40,218 nt of DNA from Bacteroidales bacterium (lineage in GTDB: Bacteria; Bacteroidota; Bacteroidia; Bacteroidales; VadinHA17): contig JALONU010000001.1 in assembly GCA_025454775.1 (NCBI GenBank), forward strand, positions 1-40,218, given 5' to 3'. The position numbers were made by a program, and so were the translations under genes. Within the stretch, counting starts at the first letter, position 1. The number at the start of each line of letters is the position of its first letter. Shown here one piece after another: positions 18,129-25,944 of the stretch. The notes under the pieces are model-generated. The model made no database searches, was not told the DNA's origin, and saw nothing but the letters and a program-made list of their open reading frames with translations.

Positions 18129-19595
18129 ATGAAAATCAATTTAGCAATACTATCAGCAGCGTTGCTGCTTCTCATAGCTTCCTGTTCGGGAATTCCCGGT
18201 AATCCGGAAGAAGGAAATTCACTGCCAGTGCTTTACCCTGATATCACGGAGGTGACCACTCCTGTCAACATCGCCCCGATGAATTTCAGGATAGAGGCAC
18301 AATCTGAAAAGCTGGTAGTGAGGTTTGAAGGCGGTTCCGTGGGATTTGTGCTGAAGGGAAAGGACAGGATAACGATCCCGTCGGGGAAGTGGCACAGGCT
18401 TCTCAGGGAATCGGCAGGAAGTTCCGTGAATGTAAGCATCTGGTCGAAGGAGCAAGGTTCATGGATAAAGTATTCTCCCTTCAGGATTTATGTCAGGAAG
18501 GAACCCATAGACCAGTACCTGGCTTACCGGCGTATAGCCCCCGGCTATGAGTCATGGAGCAGCATGGGGCTTTACCAGAGGGACCTTACATCGTTCAGGG
18601 AATCTGTGATTATTGATAACCGGCTCCTGCCGGGAAACTGCATGAACTGCCACTCCTTCAACAGGAACGATCCGGGGCAGATGTTGTTCCATCTGCGGGG
18701 GAACATAGGTGCAACGATGTTGGTTCAGGGGGAAGATGTGACCAAGCTGAATACGCGCACGAAAGAAACCGGGCTGAACTGCGTTTACCCGAACTGGCAT
18801 CCTTCCGGATCATATATTGCTTTCTCAGTCAATAAGATAGCCCAGGTGTTCCATACTGTGAGGGATAAGAGGATAGAAGTTTTTGACACAAAATCCGACC
18901 TGGTTGTGCTGGATACACGGAACCGCCGGCTGATCACTTCCCCGCTGGTCTATACAACCGGGAGCTATGAGACCTTCCCGGTATTTTCAGCTGACGGGGG
19001 AATCCTGTATTTCTGCTCAGCCGATACGGCAAGGATGCCCGACGAGTATGACAGGGTTAAATACAGCCTTTGCAGCATTACCTTCGATGCAGCCTCAGGA
19101 ACTTTCGGGAACAGGGTCGACACTGTTATAAGCCGGACACAGACCGGAAAGAGTATCTCTTTCCCACGAACCTCTCCTGACGGTAAATTCCTGATGTTCA
19201 CGCTGTCCGATTACGGGAATTTCAGCCTTTGGCACAGGGAAGCGGACCTCTGGCTTCTGAACCTGGCTGACAAATCTGTAAAACCGATAAACCAGGTGAA
19301 TTCAGGTGAAGCTGACAGCTTTCATTCATGGTCATCAGGCTCCCGGTGGTTTGTTTTTGCCAGCAGGCGTACAGATGGTCTTTACACCCGTCCTTATTTT
19401 GCCTGGCTTGATGAAAACGGGGAAGCTACAAAGCCTTTTATACTTCCACAGAAGAACCCCGACTTCTACGATTATTGCCTGAATTCTTTCAATGTGCCTG
19501 AACTGGTGGCCGGAAAGATAAGGACCGACGGCAGGAAAATGCTGAAGACAATCGGCTCGGAGGCAAAAAGTGTTACTTTTGAGATAAAAGAATAA
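18129..19595 (+). CDS. Module 3 lipoprotein (LP3): CxxCH plus TolB/PD40-like propeller
   Basis: I prefer the ATG at 18129 (MKINLAILSAALLLLIASC lipobox). The ORF-track TTG at 18120 overlaps the MP3 stop. Motifs: LYPDITEVTTPVNIAPMNFR; CMNCH at 18639..18653; WHPSGSYIAFS; FSADGGILYFCSA; TSPDGKFLMF; WSSGSRWFVFASRR. Confidence 0.8.
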   Translation: MKINLAILSAALLLLIASCSGIPGNPEEGNSLPVLYPDITEVTTPVNIAPMNFRIEAQSEKLVVRFEGGSVGFVLKGKDRITIPSGKWHRLLRESAGSSVNVSIWSKEQGSWIKYSPFRIYVRKEPIDQYLAYRRIAPGYESWSSMGLYQRDLTSFRESVIIDNRLLPGNCMNCHSFNRNDPGQMLFHLRGNIGATMLVQGEDVTKLNTRTKETGLNCVYPNWHPSGSYIAFSVNKIAQVFHTVRDKRIEVFDTKSDLVVLDTRNRRLITSPLVYTTGSYETFPVFSADGGILYFCSADTARMPDEYDRVKYSLCSITFDAASGTFGNRVDTVISRTQTGKSISFPRTSPDGKFLMFTLSDYGNFSLWHREADLWLLNLADKSVKPINQVNSGEADSFHSWSSGSRWFVFASRRTDGLYTRPYFAWLDENGEATKPFILPQKNPDFYDYCLNSFNVPELVAGKIRTDGRKMLKTIGSEAKSVTFEIKE

Positions 19596-19601
19596 TTCTT
19601 T

Positions 19602-20756
19602 ATGCCAAAGGCCTATTTTACTTATCTTCCGGAGGTTGCGGGGACTGTTGCGGAAGAAATCGAACAGTGTGTCGGGAAGATCGGGGGGATTATTTCAGAT
19701 GGCTATCTGCCTGTTAAGCTTAACTTCTTTGCCGGCTCTGCTGATCTGTCAGCCTTTCTTAAAACAAGGGAGTATATCCGGAATCGTCTTATGGAAGCTT
19801 TCAGGGACAGTTGTCCGGCGTTCTGTGTTACGGCACAAGCTCCTGAAAAACCGGCAGTCCTGGCCATGGAAGTAACATGTGTGACGAAAAACAATAATGT
19901 TGGTTACAGGAAACATCTTGATATCCCGTATACGGTCGTTAATTCGGACGAGGGGACTGAGCTCTGGGCTGCAGGAGTAAGCAGCTATCAATATCACGAC
20001 GACACCCGTAATGCCGCAACGCAGGCCTTCGAACAGGTAAATAGTATTCTGGCCGCTGAAAGTATGTCGATGAATAACATTGTCAGGCAGTGGAATTATA
20101 TAGGCAATATATTGAAGATCAGTGAGGGGCGGCAGAATTACCAGGTGTTCAACGAAGTCCGGAATGAATATTACACAAGATACCGCTCCGTAAAGGGCTA
20201 TCCGGCTGCAACGGGTGTGGGAATGATGCACGGTGGTGTCATCCTTGATTTCTGCGCCCTCAGGCCCTCTGATGAAACCACGATATTCCCGGTTGAGAAT
20301 CCGCATCAGCTAAATGCATATAACTATGGCCAGCAGGTGCTGAAAGGCGCATCACCGGATGGCCAAATACTCAGGCATCCACCGCAGTTCGAACGGGCCC
20401 TTCTGATTTCAAACCGTTCGGAGGCCATACTCCATATTTCGGGTACTGCATCGATCATAGGGCAGGAGACGGTTGGAACGGGCGATATAGAAAAGCAGTC
20501 GCTGGTCACAATCGGGAACATGAACCTTTTGTCCGATGCTGAAAGGCTGCAAAAGCTTAATGCAAGGATTCATCCTGCTGAAAGCCGGTATTCACTGATA
20601 AGGGTTTATATAAGGAACAGGGAAGATTTTAATATAGTCCGGCTTATATGCGATGAACGCTTTCCGGGTGTTCCTGCCCTTTTTGTGAATGCCGATATCT
20701 GCCGCGATGATCTGCTGATGGAAGTCGAGGCTGAGGCGGATGTCAGTATAATTTGA
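19602..20756 (+). CDS. Chorismatase-like protein (FkbO/Hyg5/XanB2-type, RidA/YjgF fold); tentative
   Basis: 384 aa, no signal peptide. The C-terminal segment HISGTASIIGQETVGTGDIEKQSLVTIGNMNLL matches my recollection of the conserved ISGTASI.G.E(T/S)...GD...Q motif of chorismate-transforming FkbO/Hyg5 enzymes. Starts 6 nt after the LP3 stop. Confidence 0.45.
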   Translation: MPKAYFTYLPEVAGTVAEEIEQCVGKIGGIISDGYLPVKLNFFAGSADLSAFLKTREYIRNRLMEAFRDSCPAFCVTAQAPEKPAVLAMEVTCVTKNNNVGYRKHLDIPYTVVNSDEGTELWAAGVSSYQYHDDTRNAATQAFEQVNSILAAESMSMNNIVRQWNYIGNILKISEGRQNYQVFNEVRNEYYTRYRSVKGYPAATGVGMMHGGVILDFCALRPSDETTIFPVENPHQLNAYNYGQQVLKGASPDGQILRHPPQFERALLISNRSEAILHISGTASIIGQETVGTGDIEKQSLVTIGNMNLLSDAERLQKLNARIHPAESRYSLIRVYIRNREDFNIVRLICDERFPGVPALFVNADICRDDLLMEVEAEADVSII

Positions 20757-20771
20757 AATCACCTTCGGGCT

Positions 20772-23618
20772 ATGAAAGCTTACTTAATATCATTTTTTTG
20801 TTCTATCATTCTGGCTTCCTGCTCGCAACCGGGATGGGAGCAGACTGATAGAGGAGTGATTGTCAGTCTTCCCGGTTCGGGAAAAAATGCGACAAAGGCT
20901 TTATCGGTGGAAGTTGAAGGCGCAAATATATTCCATGTCAGAGCCACACCTGAAGATTCATTCTCAGGTGCTGTAAGCCTGTGCACAGTTGATGATGATC
21001 GCAGTGAAGGTTTCACGGTTACGGAAACTGAGGGAACACTGCATCTGAAAACCTCCATGGTTTCAGCTGAGATATCATTGAGCAGCGGTAGAATTACATT
21101 CAGGGATCGTATTAATAATATCCTTCTGAGGGAAAAGGAAAACGGAGCCAGGGAATTCTCTCCGGTAACCGTTGAAGGCACAAGAGCTTACTCGGTGCGC
21201 CAGGTCTTTGAGTCTCCCGACTATGAAGCATTCTACGGACTGGGCCAGCACCAGTCGGATGAGTTCAATTACAAGGGGCTTAACGAAAGCCTTTACCAGT
21301 ACAACACGAAGGTTTCAATCCCCTTTGTTGTATCGGACAGGAATTACGGCATCCTGTGGGATAATTATTCCCTTACAAAATTCGGCGATCCAAGGGACTA
21401 TTCGGAGATGGACCTTTTCAGGCTTTGGGATGAAAATGGCCAGGAGGGAGGACTGACGGCGACTTACTATGTGAATTCCGATCCGAAAAGAATTTTCATA
21501 AAGAGAAAGGAATCTGTAATAGATTATGAGAACCTGACAACAATAAAGAAATTCCCTGAAAAGTTCCCTTTCTACGGATCAACGATTACATGGACCGGAC
21601 AGATCGAGCCAGCGGAGACGGGGATCTTCCAGTTCAAACTATATTATGCGGGTTATACGAAGCTTTTCATAGATGACAGGGAAGTTGTTGCGGAAAGATG
21701 GAGGACAGCCTGGAATCCAAATACATACAAGTTTTTCTTCGACTTGGAGAAAGGTTCCAGGCATACCATCAGGCTGGAATGGAAACCTGACGGGGGGATG
21801 TCGTACATTGGATTGAAGGCTCTCAGCCCCAGGCCGTCAGAGGAACAGGGCGAGCTCTCACTCTGGTCGGAGGTGGGCGATCAGATAGACTACTGGTTCA
21901 TTGCGGGCGACTGCATGGACGATGTAATAAGCGGGTACCGTACAGTGACCGGGAAGGCCCCGGTGATGCCCAAATGGGCAATGGGATACTGGCAGAGCCG
22001 CGAAAGGTATAAAACGCAGGATGAGCTTCTCTCAGTCGTTAAGGAGTACAGGGAAAGGAATATCCCTCTCGACAATATCGTGCTCGACTGGTCGTACTGG
22101 CCGGTGGACTCGTGGGGATCGCATGACTTTGATCCGAAATTCTTTCCCGATCCGGAAGGAATGGTCGATGAGGTGCACCGTCTGAACTCACACATAATGA
22201 TCTCAGTATGGCCTAAATTCTATCTCACGACGGAGCATTTCAGGGAGTTCGACAGCAGGGGGTGGATGTACAGGCAGGCCATAAAAGATAGTATACGTGA
22301 CTGGATAGGAAAAGGTTACATTGGATCCTTCTATGATGCCTACAGTGAAGGTGCACGAGACCTCTTCTGGAAGCAGATTCACGACAAGCTCTACACAAAG
22401 GGATTTGACGCGTGGTGGATGGATGCATCTGAACCGGACATCCTCTCCAATGCAAGCATTGAATACAGGAAGCAGCTGATGACCCCCACGGCCCTGGGCC
22501 CCTCTGCTAAATACTTCAATGCCTATGCCCTGATGAACGCAATGACCATCTATGATAATCAGAGGAAAGCTGATCCGGATAAACGCGTGTTCCTTCTTAC
22601 CAGATCAGGATTTGCAGGACTGCAGAGATATTCAACTGCGACATGGAGCGGTGATATTGGCACAAGGTGGGAGGATATGAAAGCCCAGATCCCGGCAGGC
22701 CTGAATTTTGCACTGTCGGGAATACCGTACTGGACTTTCGATATAGGAGGCTTCTGCGTTGAAAACAGGTACACCAGGGCCAGGGAAGGTTCCGAAGATC
22801 TCGAGGAATGGAGGGAGCTCAACACAAGATGGTTCCAGTTCGGATCGTTCTGCCCGCTCTTCAGGAGTCACGGCCAGTATCCTTTGAGGGAGGTGTTCAA
22901 CATTTCCCCTGAAGGACATCCTGCCTACAATTCCATGGTTTATTACGACAAGCTGAGATACAGGCTGATGCCCTATATATATTCCCTGGCGGGTTTCACA
23001 TACCTTAAGGATTATACCATTATGAGGGCTATGGTGATGGATTTTGCAGGAGACCAGGAAGTTAAGAACGTGGGTGACCAGTATATGTTCGGACCTTCTC
23101 TTCTTGTTGCCCCGGTTTATAAGTATAAGGCCAGGACGAGGGAGGTCTGTCTTCCTTCAAAGTGTGGATGGTTTGACCTGTATTCAGGAAAGTATTATCC
23201 AGGAGGGCAGAGAGTTACAGTCGACGCACCATACGAAAGAATGCCTTTGTTCGTTAAGGAAGGATCGGTGATACCCGTTGGACCTGAAATCCAGTATGCT
23301 GATGAGAAGCCTGCCGATCCGCTTACTCTTTGGGTATACACAGGCCGTGATTGCACCTTTACACTATACGAAGATGAGGGTGTTAACTACAATTACGAGA
23401 AAGGGAAATACAGCACCATAAAATTTGTTTACGATAATCTGAATGGTGAGCTTACCATATGCGGACGTAACGGTGAATTTGAAGGTATGCTGAGAGAGAG
23501 GGTTTTTAACATTGTTTGGGTGAGCAGGGATAAGCCGGTGCCGCTTAATTTTAATGCTACCGTGAATGACCAGGTCAGATATGTTGGCAATGAAATCATA
23601 ATCAGGAGTAAAAAATAA
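20772..23618 (+). CDS. GH31 glycoside hydrolase with PA14 insert (alpha-xylosidase / alpha-glucosidase type)
   Basis: 948 aa with lipobox ILASC. PA14-like insert (GLTATYYVNSD...FQFKLYYAGYTKLFIDDREV). GH31 core motifs: KWAMGYWQSRERYKTQDE, NIPLDNIVLDWSYW, the nucleophile region DAWWMDASEPD, and SGDIGTRWEDM with WTFDIGGF. The architecture resembles Bacteroides PA14-bearing GH31 alpha-xylosidases. Confidence 0.9.
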   Translation: MKAYLISFFCSIILASCSQPGWEQTDRGVIVSLPGSGKNATKALSVEVEGANIFHVRATPEDSFSGAVSLCTVDDDRSEGFTVTETEGTLHLKTSMVSAEISLSSGRITFRDRINNILLREKENGAREFSPVTVEGTRAYSVRQVFESPDYEAFYGLGQHQSDEFNYKGLNESLYQYNTKVSIPFVVSDRNYGILWDNYSLTKFGDPRDYSEMDLFRLWDENGQEGGLTATYYVNSDPKRIFIKRKESVIDYENLTTIKKFPEKFPFYGSTITWTGQIEPAETGIFQFKLYYAGYTKLFIDDREVVAERWRTAWNPNTYKFFFDLEKGSRHTIRLEWKPDGGMSYIGLKALSPRPSEEQGELSLWSEVGDQIDYWFIAGDCMDDVISGYRTVTGKAPVMPKWAMGYWQSRERYKTQDELLSVVKEYRERNIPLDNIVLDWSYWPVDSWGSHDFDPKFFPDPEGMVDEVHRLNSHIMISVWPKFYLTTEHFREFDSRGWMYRQAIKDSIRDWIGKGYIGSFYDAYSEGARDLFWKQIHDKLYTKGFDAWWMDASEPDILSNASIEYRKQLMTPTALGPSAKYFNAYALMNAMTIYDNQRKADPDKRVFLLTRSGFAGLQRYSTATWSGDIGTRWEDMKAQIPAGLNFALSGIPYWTFDIGGFCVENRYTRAREGSEDLEEWRELNTRWFQFGSFCPLFRSHGQYPLREVFNISPEGHPAYNSMVYYDKLRYRLMPYIYSLAGFTYLKDYTIMRAMVMDFAGDQEVKNVGDQYMFGPSLLVAPVYKYKARTREVCLPSKCGWFDLYSGKYYPGGQRVTVDAPYERMPLFVKEGSVIPVGPEIQYADEKPADPLTLWVYTGRDCTFTLYEDEGVNYNYEKGKYSTIKFVYDNLNGELTICGRNGEFEGMLRERVFNIVWVSRDKPVPLNFNATVNDQVRYVGNEIIIRSKK

Positions 23619-23668
23619 TACTTTGGGTTTATTTAAGAGTTATTTTTGTAGAAATCTTTGATTAATAC

Positions 23669-23827
23669 GGAGATTCTTCGCTTCACTTCGTTACGCTCAG
23701 AATGACAGGTAATTTTTGTATATGAGGAGGAGGGAGAACGGCGGAATCCCGCCGTTCTCCCTCCTCCTCCGGCTCCTCAAAAAAACTGTCATTCCTGAAT
23801 CCCGAGGACTCGGGATGAGGAATCTCC
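23669..23827. repeat. Nested palindromic intergenic element B (same family as 14577..14732)
   Basis: Outer arms: GGAGATTCTTCGCTTCACTTCGTTACGCTCAGAATGACA (23669..23707) and TGTCATTCCTGAATCCCGAGGACTCGGGATGAGGAATCTCC (23787..23827). Their termini are complementary (GGAGATTC...GAATCTCC; ATGACA...TGTCAT). They enclose a perfect 21-bp hairpin, GAGGAGGAGGGAGAACGGCGG (23724..23744) / CCGCCGTTCTCCCTCCTCCTC (23749..23769), with a 4-nt loop. Confidence 0.8.
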
Positions 23828-23862
23828 TTAAGCAGACTGTAACTATCATAATCATTTTGCAC

Positions 23863-25878
23863 ATGAAAAAATCAGCAATTTTATTTGTTATTCTTTCACT
23901 CTTTGTTTCAGCCTGCCAGGAAAAAACACCTGGCTTCATTAAATTGTCTTCCCTCATTAGCGACAATATGGTCCTGCAGCAGAAAACGGATGTCAGGATC
24001 TGGGGATATGCCAATGCAAACCATAAGATAAAGATTACCCCGGAGTGGGGTGATCCTGTAACGGCAAAGGCGGGGCAAGACGGGAAATGGCTTGCAATAG
24101 TCCCCACCCCCGCAGCGGGTGGTCCGTACACCATAGGGATTGCAGGAAGCGATACGACAATTACTGTCAGTAATGTAATGATTGGAGAGGTGTGGTTCTG
24201 CTCTGGCCAGTCGAATATGGAGATGCCTCTGAAAGGATGGCCTCCCAACGATACCATAATGTATTCGGCAGCATCAATAGCCTCCGCTTCGATACCGGAG
24301 ATAAGGCTTTTCAACGTTCAGAGAAAAGTGTCGGGAGTGCCCCTGGAGGATTGCACCGGTTCGTGGCAGGTATGTTCGCCTGAAACAGCCGCTTCATTCT
24401 CTGCAACGGCATTCTTTTTCGGCAGGAAGCTCCACAGCGAGCTGGGAATTCCGGTTGGGCTTATTGCATCATCATGGGGAGGCACACCATCAGAAGCATG
24501 GACTTCGGCTGAGGTCCTGAAGAATGCAGGTGAATTTGTGGAAGAGATTAACACCATGGCAGCTTCTGCGTCAGCCGTGGCTGAATATCAAACCTGGCTG
24601 AGCGGTCATAAACGGCTTGAAATCAGTTCTGCAGGTGATGATCAGTGGAAGAACCTTGATTTCGGAGACTCCGGACTGGCATCAGTAGATTACGATGATT
24701 CCACATGGCCGTCAATAAAACTGCCCGCGATGTTTGAAAGCAAACTGGGTGAATTTGACGGGGCTGTATGGTTCAGGAAAACAATAGAACTTCCGGGAGA
24801 GCTGAAAGGTAAAAACATGATCCTTTTCCTGGGTCCGATAGACGACATGGACCGGACTTACTTTAATGGTGAACTCGTAGGGGCAACCGAAACTGGCGGT
24901 TTCTGGCAGATCGGCAGAAAATATGAGGTCCCGGGCAGGCTGATCAGGGAGGGAAAAAATGTCATTTCTGTCCGGGTCATAGATACCCAGGGAGGAGGAG
25001 GAATATGGGGGGAAGCCGGCTCAATGAGGTTTGTTACGAGGGATAGTAAGATGTATAACTTCAACATTGAAGGAGACTGGAAGTTTCAGCCTGTGGCAGA
25101 GCTCGAAGGAAATAAGTTTTATGTTTTTGATCCGTCAGAACAGGATTTTCTTAAGCAGGCAAGGCCAAAATCCATCGGACCAAATTCGCCTTCCACGCTT
25201 TACAATGCAATGGTTAATCCTGTAGTCAACTACAGGATAAAGGGCGCGATATGGTACCAGGGCGAATCAAATGTCGGCAGGGCAGATCAGTATGCAATGA
25301 TCTTCCCCCTGATGATACAGAACTGGCGCACTGCCTGGGAAATAAGTGACTTCCCGTTCTATTTCGTCCAGATCGCACCCTATGTCTATGCCGGAATCGA
25401 CTCAAGCAACTCCGTTCTTCTTCGCGAAGCACAGGCAAAATCACTGTCGGTTCCCAATACCGGTATGGTGGTCACACTCGATATTGCGACTGTGATGAAC
25501 ATACATCCCCCCTTCAAGCTTGAAGTAGGTGAGAGGCTGGCTAACCTGGCCCTTGCCAACGACTACGGCAAAGCTGTTACGGCTGTGGGCCCAGGCTTTA
25601 AATCACTGGTCGTTGAAGGGCAGACAGTGAAAATTTCATTCAGCAATGCAGGATCGGGTCTGGTCTCAGCGAGTGAATTTATTCCCGAGTTTGAAGTTGC
25701 AGGAAAAGACGGTAAATTTGTAAAGGCAGTGGCGAAAATCGTCGGCAGCGAAGTGTGGGTATCCTCACCGAAAGTGCAGGAGCCGGAAGCTGTCAGGTAC
25801 TGCTGGCGCAACGGAGCCACAGGCACACTATTCAACAAGGAAGGGCTGCCTGCATCACAGTTTAATACAAGGAAATAA
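23863..25878 (+). CDS. SASA-family (sialate O-acetylesterase-like) carbohydrate esterase; probable glycan deacetylase
   Basis: I prefer the start at 23863 (MKKSAILFVILSLFVSAC lipobox). The 23716 start would read through repeat element B. Signature GEVWFCSGQSNMEMPL (GQSNM), plus WGGTPSEAW and IKGAIWYQGESN. Confidence 0.85.
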   Translation: MKKSAILFVILSLFVSACQEKTPGFIKLSSLISDNMVLQQKTDVRIWGYANANHKIKITPEWGDPVTAKAGQDGKWLAIVPTPAAGGPYTIGIAGSDTTITVSNVMIGEVWFCSGQSNMEMPLKGWPPNDTIMYSAASIASASIPEIRLFNVQRKVSGVPLEDCTGSWQVCSPETAASFSATAFFFGRKLHSELGIPVGLIASSWGGTPSEAWTSAEVLKNAGEFVEEINTMAASASAVAEYQTWLSGHKRLEISSAGDDQWKNLDFGDSGLASVDYDDSTWPSIKLPAMFESKLGEFDGAVWFRKTIELPGELKGKNMILFLGPIDDMDRTYFNGELVGATETGGFWQIGRKYEVPGRLIREGKNVISVRVIDTQGGGGIWGEAGSMRFVTRDSKMYNFNIEGDWKFQPVAELEGNKFYVFDPSEQDFLKQARPKSIGPNSPSTLYNAMVNPVVNYRIKGAIWYQGESNVGRADQYAMIFPLMIQNWRTAWEISDFPFYFVQIAPYVYAGIDSSNSVLLREAQAKSLSVPNTGMVVTLDIATVMNIHPPFKLEVGERLANLALANDYGKAVTAVGPGFKSLVVEGQTVKISFSNAGSGLVSASEFIPEFEVAGKDGKFVKAVAKIVGSEVWVSSPKVQEPEAVRYCWRNGATGTLFNKEGLPASQFNTRK

Positions 25879-25915
25879 TTTCGGATTTCGGATTTTGGAT
25901 TTCGGATCTCGAAAT
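25879..25915. repeat. Short tandem heptamer array (TTCGGAT-type) closing with an inverted copy
   Basis: TTTCGGAT TTCGGAT TTTGGAT TTCGGAT CTCGAAAT begins at the first base after the esterase stop. The last unit is roughly the reverse complement of the first (ATTTCGGA / TCTCGAAAT). Confidence 0.7.
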
Positions 25916-25944
25916 GAACACATAAATTATTAACCATAAACTAT

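Noticed and set aside
9488-19595. The triplication as an assembly artefact or very recent duplication.
   Set aside because: The three copies differ at most positions at the protein level, and therefore at the DNA level too, and they differ in length (595/601/621 aa and 490/498/488 aa). They cannot be collapsed or mis-assembled repeats.
23716-23862. N-terminal extension of the SASA-type esterase (MYMRRRENGGIPPFSLLLRLL...), and the antisense 205-aa ORF at 23697..24314.
   Set aside because: Both read through repeat element B. Its perfect hairpin yields the mirrored peptide ENGGIPPFSLLL on both strands. The ATG at 23863 gives a canonical lipoprotein signal.
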